Shown: positions 37,973 through 50,178 of the stretch, one piece after another
Position numbering within the stretch: the stretch's first letter is position 1
Layout: every line of letters starts with the position of its first letter
NCBI GenBank assembly: GCA_051362555.1
Contig: CM120645.1
Coordinates: 5,146,001-5,210,000 of the forward strand
DNA from: Lingula anatina
Taxonomy: Eukaryota; Animalia; Brachiopoda
DNA: 64,000 nt
Reading direction: 5' to 3'
Translations under genes and position numbers: made by a program
Notes under the pieces: generated by a model
Told to the model about the DNA's origin: nothing
What the model saw: the letters and a program-made list of their open reading frames with translations, nothing else
Databases searched by the model: none

Positions 37973-39728
37973 AGTCTGTAGGATATAGGCCTACTGTTTG
38001 AAGGCATACAGTGCAGGGGAATCTGCTCAGTGACGGAGGTGCACTGCCCGCACTGCATATTGCACACTTTAAAAGGTGAAATATAAGGCAACAAGTACAC
38101 TGTAGGGCCTACATGAATAACCTAGCTTGTGGTTTCTTTGTCCTAGATAGGGCCTACATACGCATTTGTGCTTTATGCTCTATTATATTTAGACGAAGCT
38201 GCATGATTTTGAAATTAAATCGCTGTTGTTGATTTCAAAAGTCGCGTCAGCTAGTCGGCGTAACGTGCTTTCAATATTAAGATAATTTTTAAAAATCAAT
38301 ATTAGGATAATTTAAAAAATCAGGTTATATGTTCTTTTTAGCCAAACTGATCGAATTAAAATGTTTATCAATTAGGCCCTATTTCAAATTAGGCCTAGGA
38401 AATAATAATAAATTTAATTGTACATAGTGTTATTAAGGCCTTGTAAAATGAATTCACTAATAAATTAGGTATTGTTTATATAAAAATTGGCCAATAACTG
38501 TCTCTCAGGTGCGATATAGTCGGTAGAGGGGTGGTGGTGAAGATTCATAGGCCTACACGTAGGCCTACGACGGGAAGAAATATAAGTAGACCTAAATAAA
38601 GAAGTGGGGGACGTAGATCAAAAAGGGCACTGGTGGTCAGTCACAGCAAGAAATATATACTGCAATCGACATAAAAATTTAGAAATTACCACAAACTGAA
38701 TTTCGAGGCGGTGGAAGGGGGAGGGGGGGGGGGGGGGAGAAAGGAAAACGTATTCAGCTAGAGCGCTACCTGTCGATGGGTATTGACCTTTAAAACAACC
38801 TTGACCTAGAAAAGCAGAAGGCATCTCTCATGAGAACATGAAGGACAAAACACCGGTTGTTTTGAGTAAGTTGTGAAATTATAAAATTATTTAGTCTACA
38901 TGATATGTTAACATTGATGAAATTGATGATAAGACCTTATTTTTTATATAGAAACTGATGAAGGAAAAGGTGATTTGGTGTTGAAATGAACTGGTGAATC
39001 AGGATATCCAAGAACATGAAGAATTAAGGGTTGGGAGAAGTGAGAGTTGTCTTTCTTTTGCTCTAGCAGGTATGGTCATTCGCAAGGAGTTGCACCAAAG
39101 TGGCTTTAGGGAAGTTCTTCAACCATACTAAGTGATTTGTGTTCAAGTGAACGTAAAAGTTATTCAAATGTATCAGTGAACATTACGCAAATCTGTTTTG
39201 ATTTCTCGTGTGTGGTGTAGAGAAGAACTCAACAATATCAATAGTATATATCAGGAGGGATTGGGGGGGGGGGGAGAGAAGATGGTCCACTCTAGGGAAA
39301 ATTTGTTATTGGTACATGGATGTTTTATGACAAAAGGTTCACTTTTTCAGAAAAGAACCTCCCCACGTGACCCCTCCTCTAAAATTGCTGGCTACGGACT
39401 TGATCATCCTTCAAATAGAGCCACTGGTGTGCTTTTGCAGTATATATACAGTGTAGTAGTCTATCTCTTTACAACCAATCACACTAAAATGTACACAGTA
39501 CATCAACCAGTCCTAACCAAATTTTACCAGTCCATAACTAAATCAATCTTAAAGGAAAAGATCCAAATATACTGGTAGAACTATTAAAGAAATCAGTTGA
39601 ACAAAGTTGAACAATTAATTTTGACAAATTGCTTATTTCTTTAACTAGCTGGATGACTAGAGTCAATAACCTTGGATCAGTGCATGGCTGATGCTACAGA
39701 CTGATAAGAGAGGATCCTGTAGTACACA

Positions 39729-42700
39729 ATGGATCTCCTATCTGCTGTCAGAGCAGGAAACATACAGGCTACGGAGCAGGCACTGAAGGAAGGAGAAAGC
39801 TCTAACATCAGGGACGAAGAAGGTAGGACCCTTCCCACCTCCACCTCCTATAATTTTTTTCAGTTAATTAATGTATTTATATTGCTTTGCCATCACCTGG
39901 GATTTATTGTTTTTTTGTTTTTTTAAAATTATTTTTAGTTTTCATATGACTTTCTCCATGGACAAAAACCTAAATGGATAATTGTAATAGGGTCATTTTA
40001 TTGTATGTAGTAATATTTTATCTAAAAAGAACTCTCGCATGCATGCACACACACACACACATAAAAAGACACAAAGAGCAGGATAGAGAGAAAGATTAGA
40101 TTCTGAACAGTTAAATCTAAGTTTTGACAGGTACAAATTTTTATGGCCAAGATGAGACTTCAGCATACATGTACTTAATTATATAATTCTGTGATTTGTT
40201 TCTCCCTCTAGGTAATGTACCCTTACTGCTGGCAGTAGAACAGAAGAAGTTATCCCTTGTGCAGTTACTATTACAATATGGTGCTGACCCTGTCTCTGAA
40301 TGTGCCACCCCCGACCGCTCCAGTCCCTTCTCATTTGCTCTGTACACTGAAGACATCCTCATGTTGGAGACCTTCATCAAGCATGGTGTGGACTTAAACC
40401 AGACATTACCCAAGGAGAATGCTCCCGCCTTAATTCTTGCCGTGGACTTGGGGAGCTCAAGGCTTGTCAATCTTTTCCTCAGTTATGGTGCCGATGTGAA
40501 CCATATTTGTGCAGGAATTACGCCTCTTATTAAAGCCATTGAGAACAAACACATAGGGATAACAAAGACTTTGTTAGAGCATGGTGCTAAAGTAAAGGAG
40601 AAAAATGTTGATGTGACTCCCTTAGCAACAGCATTAATGACAAACGACAGTGATATTGTCAGAATCACACTGCAGTATGCCCAGAGGGAAGGTATTAACA
40701 TCAACAATACATTTGGCGGCTTTGCCATTGCCCCATTATTACTAAGTGCCAAATTTGGCCTGGCAAACTCCACCAGGGTGCTCTTGGAGGCAGGTTGCGA
40801 CGCCAACGTCACCACACAGTACGGGGAAACAGCATTACATTTCGCGGTGCAAGGATACTCTAACACTGCAGTGATAGCGATTCTCTTGGAGGCGGGGTGC
40901 AACCCTTTCATCGCAGACTTACAGACTGGCAAAGGTAACACGGCCCTGCACCTTGCCTGTCATTTAGGCAACTTGGCGGCAGTGAAAATGCTGTACTCTC
41001 ACATGGTTAATATGTGGAACAAGGACGAGAGGATACAGTCAGGAAGCAAGCATAAAAGAACCAGCTTTTCCAGCATTGGAGAAGACCCAGAGCATACAGC
41101 TTCTGGTCCCTCGAGCCATTTTTCATCATCGGGAAGTGGCTCCTTACCTAGTTATCACACAGCATTGAATAAGAGAAGCAATCAGTATGGCGGGGTTGGC
41201 TCCATGAAAAGTCAACAGCCCTCTCAGGTCTCTGGTCAGCCCTCACAGGCTATGCCCAGTGTTTTAGCCTACTGCCAAGCTGCAGATAGTGTGCTGTCAC
41301 TTCCAAATGAACAGTGGCACACTCCTGTAGGGAAAACCCTTCTCTCAGGCAAATTACAGGTGCTTGAATACTTCATCTCTATAGTACAACACATTCGGCT
41401 GTATCTTCCTGCCAGCGCATCCAAGGCGGTATCAGAGGTTGATCTTCTCCTCCATCGAGCGGTCAGTTCAGGTCAGCTTGAAGTGGTGAAGTTTTTACTG
41501 GAAATTGGGTAAGTTGTGATGGTGTATCTTAGTATAGTGATTATGTTTAGTGAAAAATCTCAAGTTTTCTTAAATGATTACTTCAGTAGACAGGGTGAAG
41601 ATTTTCATTATTTTCCAGTTTTCTTATTGGAGAAAATTTTGATGTTATGTTTTGGGTATGAGAAATACATCTAACTATGGGCCAGTAAAGGAAGACATGC
41701 ATTCAATTGTTTCAGAAGTTTTCCATCTTATGTCATTTATTTCAAAGTTTTAGTCATCATTTATTCTCTCATAACTGAATCTCACAGTTCATAGGAGGAT
41801 GTTTGGTGTATGGAGAAACAGGAGGTGGGGGGAGGGGAGGTTAGAAGGGTGATAGAGGTACACGATACAGTAAAAACTTTAAAATAGTCCTTATTTTTTT
41901 TTTTATTATTTTTTCCATTATTATCAATAGTTTACTAAACATCTGTGATAATTATGACAATGCACACAGACAGAAGGCAGTTCTCCTAGGCAGTTGTTTT
42001 CACAGTAGTATTGGGGTAACAATGGATAAAGCCTGAATTTAAAAAAAATGATATGTTTTACTTTGTGCAAGCTCTTAATAGTAATAATGATAATAATTAT
42101 ATCATTTTTTACAGGTATGACATAAACAAGCCAGATGAGACCAAATCCTGCGCCACACCTCTGATAGCTGCAGCCAGACAGGCGTACACCAATATTAACA
42201 TGTGCCAATTCCTGGTTGAACATGGAGCTCAGCTGAATGCCGTTGATAAAAATCACGAGACGGCGCTGTCCACGGCAGTTTACTTTGGTTTTGAAAAGAA
42301 TGCTGCGCTGTTGATTCAACATGGTGCTGACCTGAACTTGCCTGATGCCAGGTTAATTTTCTTTTATTTTCTATTATTACCTCTGCCAAGGAGGTTATGT
42401 TTTCACCTTTGTTTGTCTGTCTGTTTGTTTGTTTGTTTGTCTGTCATCAACATAACTCAAAAAGTTATAAACCGATTTTGATGAAATTTTCAGGAACTGC
42501 CAGAAGTGGGCCAAGGAAGAGATGATTAGTATTTGGTGGTAATCCAGATCAATAATCAATCAATAATCAAGAATAATAAAAAATTGCTGCCTTGGCGGAG
42601 GTCTGCACTCTCTGAGTGCTTTTCTAATATATATATATATATGTATGTATATATATATAAGAGAGAGAGAAAATATTGTATTATATATATATATTGTGTG

Positions 42701-43624
42701 TGTGTCTGTCTGTTTTAAGAAATGTTTCCAATTGCTTTGGATGGAATGACATGAACCTCACTGCACCTTTGGGTAAAAAAAAAAAAAAATGGAGAAATAG
42801 GTTTAAGGTCAAATCTGAATCCCCCTCCCCCCCTCTCCCTCTCTCTCTCTCTCTCTCTCTCAATAAGATATTTAAATATCTTATAGATTAATTCAGTCAT
42901 TTTGAAACATGTCATTTTGATTTAGCTTTGAATCAGTTTAGGTTAAATGACACACATACATCACAGATCATCATGTAGTTAATCATTTGCAATATAGTTT
43001 TGTTTTATTAACTTCCAGGCAAAGCTATCACTGAATTGATGATTGGTCAAAGAAAAAAAAGGCCTTTTGTTTTTTAAAGCATGTGCTTTTGTTTCCTATC
43101 AAGTCGTTTTTCAAACAGTTTTTCTTTGAGATTATTTCTGATTTAATTTAAGTCATCTCGGGTCATGCTGAAATAATATATACTTTCTTATATTGCTGAT
43201 ATTTCCAAAAGAATGAAAACCTGACTATTAAGTTTCTCACATTATTGTGTTCTTAGACAGATAATTATGTGCCATAAATGAAAACACATTAATATCCATG
43301 TATGTAAATTTTAGATCCACTACGCCCCTCTACTGGGCCATATTCAACGCCAGGATTCCGACGCTGCAACTTCTCATCCACGCTGGAGCAAAATTTACCC
43401 ACGAGCAGCTCCGACTGACGCCGAAAAATCTAAAAGTGACCCGAGACCCACACCTGAGCGCCTGGATGCTGGAACAAATTTCCAACCCTCGAAGCTTGCA
43501 GTTGACGTGCATTTTGATGCTCAGGCGCCACCTGGCGGAGCTGAGCGCGGGACGGACAATTTTGCCGAGAATTTCTCTTCTGCCTCTCCCCAAGAGCTTG
43601 CAGAGCATGTTGACTTTTGTATAG
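39729..43624 (+). CDS. Ankyrin repeat and SOCS box protein (ASB-like E3 substrate adaptor), 4 coding exons, ~645 aa
   Basis: Exons 39729-39822, 40212-41508, 42115-42351, 43315-43624 (1938 nt, phases consistent). Many ankyrin motifs (GETALHFAV, GNTALHLAC, TPLIAAA); C-terminal SOCS box PRSLQLTCILMLRRHL...ISLLPLPKSLQSML. Confidence 0.92.
42374..42627 (-). mobile_element. Small HINE (family of 34141-34326) in ASB intron 3
   Basis: TTACCTCTGCCAAGGAGGTTATGTTTTC, a (GTTT/GTCT)n microsatellite, then CCTTGGCGGAGGTCTGCACTCTCTGAGTGCTTTTCTAA. Confidence 0.85.
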
Positions 43625-46485
43625 AGCTTGATTTTAATTTCTACCTAGTCGTATTTTTTTTTCATTCACAAGTGTAATTTAAGATAATCATTTCTAACTG
43701 AATTGTGAAGTTATTGGTGTTTTAAGCCGTGTCACCAAAAATTGCCTGTGTATTTAAAATTGTATCTTATGAAATTGGATAACTGAAAATTGGTCTTTTG
43801 CCAGGTCATTTATATTTACATTTATTGTCATTTGTATGTGCACTTCAGCTTGTTATGTAATAATTGCAAGTGGTGTAGTTGCAGCTATACGAGGCACAAG
43901 CAAAAAGTTGGGTAACGAGAAGTGATTCCCTACTAGTAGGGTTGTTAGACGAATTTTATTTTTATTTTTATTTATTTATTTATTTTTTCAGGAAAGGGAA
44001 TTTTAGTATGGGGGATATTTCAGCATAAAACATTTGCATGAAGGTTTTTCCTGGGGCTAGTTCCCCCATTACCAAATGTATTTTTCCATTAGAAATACGA
44101 TTTTTTCCCCACAAAATTAGACTCGCTTCCATTTGGTATTCAACTTATTAATTTGGTCCAGTCCTACATCAAGATATATATTATGTTTGTACACACACAC
44201 ACACACACCGGGACAAAATAATATAAAAGTTGCCACTGATAAACTTGTTTTGGGCTGCTTCCCTTTATATTTTGATTCATTTGTTGAAAATAAATATCTA
44301 CAATCAGAACTGTATTGCGATAGGGGAGTTGTTATTTAGTTGTGCCATAGAACGCCACTGCAGCAATTTTTATCTTTCATTTTGTTCCGATGACGGTTGG
44401 GGGGTAGGGGGGGGTGACGGTCGTTGTAGAGGCTAACGATTCATGTGTATGTTTGATCGAAAAAAGGGGGGACGTTTTGCATTTTTTTTTTCATTTTTAT
44501 TTTATTTTAGAATGTTTTCATTTATTTCTTCATGTGTTTTAACATAAGCGCCTTTACGTTATGAAAACCTAAAATCAACTCATATATTTGTCAATATTTT
44601 GACGTCCTCTTTATACTGCTCTGCATATTCTATACGCTAGTTAAAATTAGCGTTCTAAGGTGCTATATGGGGTTGTCAATAATTTTTAATATATTTTGTC
44701 AATTTTTTGTTGGAGACTCCATTCCTTGTCGTCCATCAGCTCTCTGGCGGTAAGTGCATTACCCTGAAGTACGATTCCGTATTAGCAACGAGCGTGTGAC
44801 TGTTGATAAATAAATAACGTAGATATGTAAATACCAAACAAATTGCTTATTGGAGGTCTGTGACCCACGTCCCTATGGGGGTACTTAGCTTAACAGTGGT
44901 TGAACGGGCTAATGGGGGAATTCGGTTATAATGATTAGTGATTGACCTGTATGGAGTACTTCAATTAGAGCGCGTCGCGGCAAAACAATATGGGTCGCAC
45001 CAAAACGGGACATTTTGGACCCCTGAAATAAATTGCAATCCCCGATGAAAGGTGGGGTTCCATTATTAATTCTCGAGTTCAAGGTGGAGTATTTGCCCAA
45101 AAGTTCGCGATCGTTTTAATGACGTGAGGAAAATCCTACTTGTTGCCAGTGAATAGACGGGATAATTGATTTTGTAAATATTTTCTATTTAGTTTAAGTG
45201 TTGCTTTGAACGATTGCACCTGAGGGGCATTTGCTCAGCCCTCGACTTAGCTAGATGTCACAGGAGAAACGACGTGAACTCACGAAGACAGCAGGCAGAA
45301 CTTAGTCCTTCTAGAGTAATTACTATATTTATGTTAAGGTAAGCGTTCAGTGTTACTGTATTTTGAAAGTCAAAAAGTTAATGACGATAGAGTGTTAAAA
45401 GTGATCAGAAAAGTAAGCGGCTAACAGAACGGGCGACAAGAACCCGCAGACAATTTACTGTTACATTAATCATACTATTTCGAATGTAAATTGGGCATGA
45501 CATTTTAAGACAAAAAAGGAAAAAGTGGGAGGGTACGGTTCAACTGAAGAGCGGACAGTTTTACTTGGAAACCGTGACATCTGCACCACAAAACACGATA
45601 ACCTCTGCTTGTCTGTTTTAAATATTTTATTATATTGATGACCGAGGATTAGAGTGAACAAAGAAATTATGACGTGAGAAAAATACATATTGTTTACCAT
45701 ACGGTTACAAAGACCTGATTTTTACGCACTTCGACAAATATAAAGATACACAACTGGGTTTAAAGATTATTTCAGAATACCAATGTACAAAATGCTAGGT
45801 CTTTAAAGACAATGTCAAACGAATTAACCATTAATATTAATTCCCATACGCCAGAAATATTTGTCAGTCAAGGCATATTGGGCTGAGACAGACTATTAGG
45901 TTTCTCTTTTGTGTGTTTATCTTATTGAAAATTCGATTTTCCTAAACAGTTGGTTCGTATTGTGCCGTGTGTGTAAATATTGGAGATACATTAACAGCTC
46001 AGGTGAGGAGAAAAGTCTGATCAATTACAAATAATGAGTCTAATTCGGATAAATGGCATGCCAACTGTGTAACAAACGTTATTGTGAAGTAACTGCAATT
46101 TATCTTGTTAATATGAAATATTTCAGGGAAATCGGACTGATACAAGAGCGACACTAACTCGATATCTCTAGTGCTTGCTAATAATAATGATAATAATAAT
46201 AATAATATAAAGCTTTTTTTTTACAGGTATGACACAAACACAGCAGACGAGTCCAAATCCTCCTCGTTGGAGAGGACTCCATTTACAAGAAAAACAGACT
46301 AAACTGGCGGAAAAAATGAGGTCATATCATAGCATTCCGAGAAAAGAGACCGTGACATACCAATAAAATTACTTTGACATTCAAAACTCATCTTTGAAGT
46401 CCATCTTGTCATACTAAAGAGAGAGAGAAAATATTGGTAATCATAGCAAGATACTTAACGACAGGACAAATTGAAAGAGAAAAAA

Positions 46486-47607
46486 ATGCCCAGAAAACTT
46501 CTTCGAGATTCAGACCGTGGCTGGTACAGCTGGGAGGGGCGGTTCAATGCCGTCCTGAGGATGAGCAATGCCGCTCTGTGGGCCACAAATAAAAAGATCG
46601 AGAAGGAAAAACACAGGCACGTTGTCTGCTTAGACAAGCTGAGAGACGAGGAGCGTTGCTACGATCAGCGGTCAGAGGACGAACTGAGAGACATGAGAAA
46701 CGAGTTGTTAGAAATGAAAGCGTATAAGACTGCGTACGAGAGGGCCAGTCTTAGGAGTTACTACGCCAGTCCTGAGCCTCCTCAGACGATTTTTATAACG
46801 GAAACGAAGAAGCCAAAAATGAAGAAAGAGGAACAAAGACAGAAACCACCCCAAGATCTGAAAATCGGCAAGATGAAATGGGGTGCGATGAAATTAAAAT
46901 TAGGATATAAAACTGAGACAACTGATGGAAATGACTCCACCGTGGAGGGAAATAGTAAATCTACAACAAATAGTCGAATTTCTAATACCAAATTTAGCTT
47001 ACAACAAGCAAACTTCACAAGTATTGTCGCTAAGGTCAAGGAAGACGCTTACAGGAACCAGGTGTTTTCCAAACTGAAAACACTTCAGAAAAATGATCCG
47101 TTCGGCTTAAAAAGCATAATGAATACAGACGATACTCTCCACTTTCCATACAGACTTCAAGAACGTTCGAGAACGTTTGTGTTCCCTCAAACTAACATTA
47201 TGCTAGATATGGAGGGAGAAAGTCATAGGTCATCTGATCCAAAAGTAACGAAAAAATCCGAACGAAAACAAATCGAGAACAAACGGGCGCTGGACGTTCG
47301 CATGCGCGTTTTCCCGGAGAACTGCAAAAACAGATTTTCATTGAATCAATTCATCGAGAAAAATAAAAACGAACTGGTTACTAAATGGTCCGAACCCGTG
47401 CGCAAACAGCGAAAAACTGGAGAATTAATCGAGAAAATACAATTCCCTCCTGTCGTCCAAAGAAGCAAAACAACCTCGGCAATTTTTAGAGATTACAAAA
47501 AATACAGAAGGGAGCACGACGACACATTGCTTCATCGGCAGAGGGCACTGACGTTGCCAAACATCGAAGCAGGCGAGACTGGCATGCAGGAGAAAATGGC
47601 ATCTTAG
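46486..47607 (+). CDS. Uncharacterised basic protein with N-terminal coiled coil, 373 aa, single coding exon
   Basis: Long open frame in AT-rich DNA with coding-like composition; first ATG at 46486 (AAAATGC); upstream acceptor at 46226; AATAAA at ~47924. Confidence 0.75.
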   Translation: MPRKLLRDSDRGWYSWEGRFNAVLRMSNAALWATNKKIEKEKHRHVVCLDKLRDEERCYDQRSEDELRDMRNELLEMKAYKTAYERASLRSYYASPEPPQTIFITETKKPKMKKEEQRQKPPQDLKIGKMKWGAMKLKLGYKTETTDGNDSTVEGNSKSTTNSRISNTKFSLQQANFTSIVAKVKEDAYRNQVFSKLKTLQKNDPFGLKSIMNTDDTLHFPYRLQERSRTFVFPQTNIMLDMEGESHRSSDPKVTKKSERKQIENKRALDVRMRVFPENCKNRFSLNQFIEKNKNELVTKWSEPVRKQRKTGELIEKIQFPPVVQRSKTTSAIFRDYKKYRREHDDTLLHRQRALTLPNIEAGETGMQEKMAS

Positions 47608-49497
47608 AAAATTTATGTATCTGAGAGCTGTTTTAAAAACATCTTGAGGCTTGAGTTGATCTAATTTTAGCCTACTTTGAGGTAGGGTTCAATGGCTCAA
47701 ATTTACTACAGTGATAAAACAATGGATTTTCTAAAGTTTTACAAAGTTCTAAATTGGCACGCTTTAGAACAAAGAGAGACCGTTTTAGACAAAAAAGTGC
47801 ACTAAAATGTTAGATTTACAATTTGGAGAATTTTGTTTATGAAACAACGGCAGCATCTTTATTTTGGAAATTGGGCATTTGCATTGAGAGCATTGATGTT
47901 AATCATTATTATGTTGCAGATCAAATAAAATATTTAAGATAAAAAAATGCCTGTTGGTTTATATTACTGTTTATAGAGTATCAAAGTTTGAGACTAAGTA
48001 TATTTTATTCTTACCAGGAGGTCAGACGAAGAATTTTAAAACAAAACAGCAGTCATATTTTATTATTTTAAAATAAGAAATCGAACTGTTGCCCAGGTGA
48101 TGAAATTAAGCCGAAAGACCAATATTGACATCGCGTTATTGTTCATATTATTCTAACGCTCACCCAAAGCAAAACAACGCTCACCTTCATAAACAAAGCC
48201 CGTGTACAAATGTTTATGTTATCAGTTTTTTATTTAATTTGCGCGCATTGTTTTATATCGACTTTATGGGCAATTGATTGTATTGAACAGTCACCGTTTG
48301 TTTCTGCTTTCATCGTAAGCCGCTGTTTGTTGAACTCTTTGGGTGTTTATTCCAATAATACCGGTGTTTTTGTATCTCGGTCCGCTGGCGGAGAAAATTT
48401 GTACTACGATTTACATTATTTAGTGTACTTGCCAGTTTTTAAATGTCATTTGTTACTACCTTAAAAGCAGGTGGATTTCTCATTTAACAACAAATTCATA
48501 AGTAGAGAGAGATTGTAGGATTGGCTTTATTTCAATACCTTGATCATGGACAATTTTTTAAAATTTAGTAAAAAATAAAGCAACAGAGACAAAATGCCGT
48601 TACATAATGCATATTCTTTTTAGTAATGAAATAACCGAACTCAAGACGACATGGCACATTCGTTACTGCACTCGTTAAACTTCAGATGTTGCTAAAAACA
48701 TAAAAATATCTTATTCCTTCATGTATTCTAAAATATTATGCATAAAAACCCGCTCTTGTTTCGTCTCATCAAAAAGAGGCTAAAAGTATGATACTTAGCC
48801 ATTGACCTAACTGGTTAAACTGTCCAGATACTTAAACCCTTTATAGACCTTGTTACAAGTGTAAATTACTTCAACCAACTTGACCTTAAAGGAAAAGAAA
48901 ATTAAAGTATTTTCGATCTTACCATCAGTGGTCCGAAAAAGACCTTGTTACAGACTTATACTTATAGATATTCGTTAAATGGAGAATATCTCTAAAAAGC
49001 AAAACTGAATTACAATGTCTAATACGGTCTTAAAACTGAACAGTGAAATATTCAGCGTTTGTTTGAAATTAATTAGTTCATTGCATTCACGTATGTGTTT
49101 TGTCGTTATATTTTAAAGTTTTCATGTGGGTAATATTTATGCCCTTGTCAAAGCTGTAAGCACTTCAATAATGCCCTTGTCAATACCTTTATGCCCTTAT
49201 CAAGCACTTTATGCCGTCGTGTTTGTTAGAATACATTGGAAGCATGACCGTTTGGAATATTTCGATTAAAACATTTTCTGCTAAAAAGTATGGTCTGAAC
49301 AAACCTTTAGCACGTCATTCTTTTCAATACTGTAAAAAATCTGAATCCTTCGACGATCTGTGATTAGTCCTTTTGTCATCCAGAGTTTATGAGAAAGTTA
49401 AGAAACTGCTGACGAGTTTGTTAAATTGTTAAATAAATGTTGCCTAAGAAGTCGGTCTAATTTTAATCAAATAATCAGAGTTAGTGAAATATTATGA

Positions 49498-50178
49498 CTA
49501 GGAACTGGGCGCGGGAGGTAATTGTCGACTATCTTCTGGGGCGCTGAATCTCCTTTTAAATGACTTAACATCAACGATTACAGGTGGCAACACAAGTTTC
49601 CCGTGCTCTTTTGCTGGCGTCGAGTACTTAGTAGGTTTTGCAACACTTGCCTTCTTTTGCGCCTCGACAATGGTGGACCACGTTAGCTTCCGATCAAAAA
49701 CTTGGATTGGAAGCTGCTTTGCTAGTATAGCATACGCCTGATTTTTTCTTTTACTTTCTCCGGTCAGTTGTTCTTTTTCAGCATTGATTTCCTCTTGTAG
49801 ATCTTTCTCAGTTCCCCGGAAGTTGTACTTTTCAAACTCTTCCTGTGCGCTACTACCCCGCCTTTGCAAGAGTTTGGAAGACACTTTTTGAAGCACTATT
49901 TTATTGGCTGCGTACCCCTTAAACGCTGCATGCAGATCGTCTCTTTGTTTACTTATTTTAACTACGTAGTCGTGACGTTTGTTCTCTATATGCTTGATGC
50001 GAGTCTCTAACAGCTTATTTTCGTGTCTATTCGAGGTAGCTGCTCTTTGGATTTTTCGTGCGGTTGAGGCGTTTAGGGTCCCCTCCCGTGTGTCGAAGAA
50101 ATATCTGTTGTTGTCTCGATCCCAAAGAAGCTTTCGCTCTTTGATCGTCGTGTTTTCTGAGTGCCGTCGCCTGCTCAT
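49498..50178 (-). CDS. Uncharacterised basic coiled-coil protein, 226 aa, convergent with the 46486 gene
   Basis: Open frame from ATG 50178; helical K/E/R-rich segment SNRHENKLLETRIKHIENKRHDYVVKISKQRDDL. Confidence 0.7.
   Translation of the reverse strand: MSRRRHSENTTIKERKLLWDRDNNRYFFDTREGTLNASTARKIQRAATSNRHENKLLETRIKHIENKRHDYVVKISKQRDDLHAAFKGYAANKIVLQKVSSKLLQRRGSSAQEEFEKYNFRGTEKDLQEEINAEKEQLTGESKRKNQAYAILAKQLPIQVFDRKLTWSTIVEAQKKASVAKPTKYSTPAKEHGKLVLPPVIVDVKSFKRRFSAPEDSRQLPPAPSS

Noticed and set aside
40141-40941. Long antisense ORFs over ASB (and similar ones over the FReD and PAN exons)
   Set aside because: Shadow frames of real coding exons with no independent features.
44860-44930. tRNA/SINE-like TAGCTTAACAGTGG segment
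   Set aside because: No B box or cloverleaf could be built.
49138-49215. Four short ATGCCCTTGTCAA-like repeats
   Set aside because: Degenerate minisatellite with no further structure.
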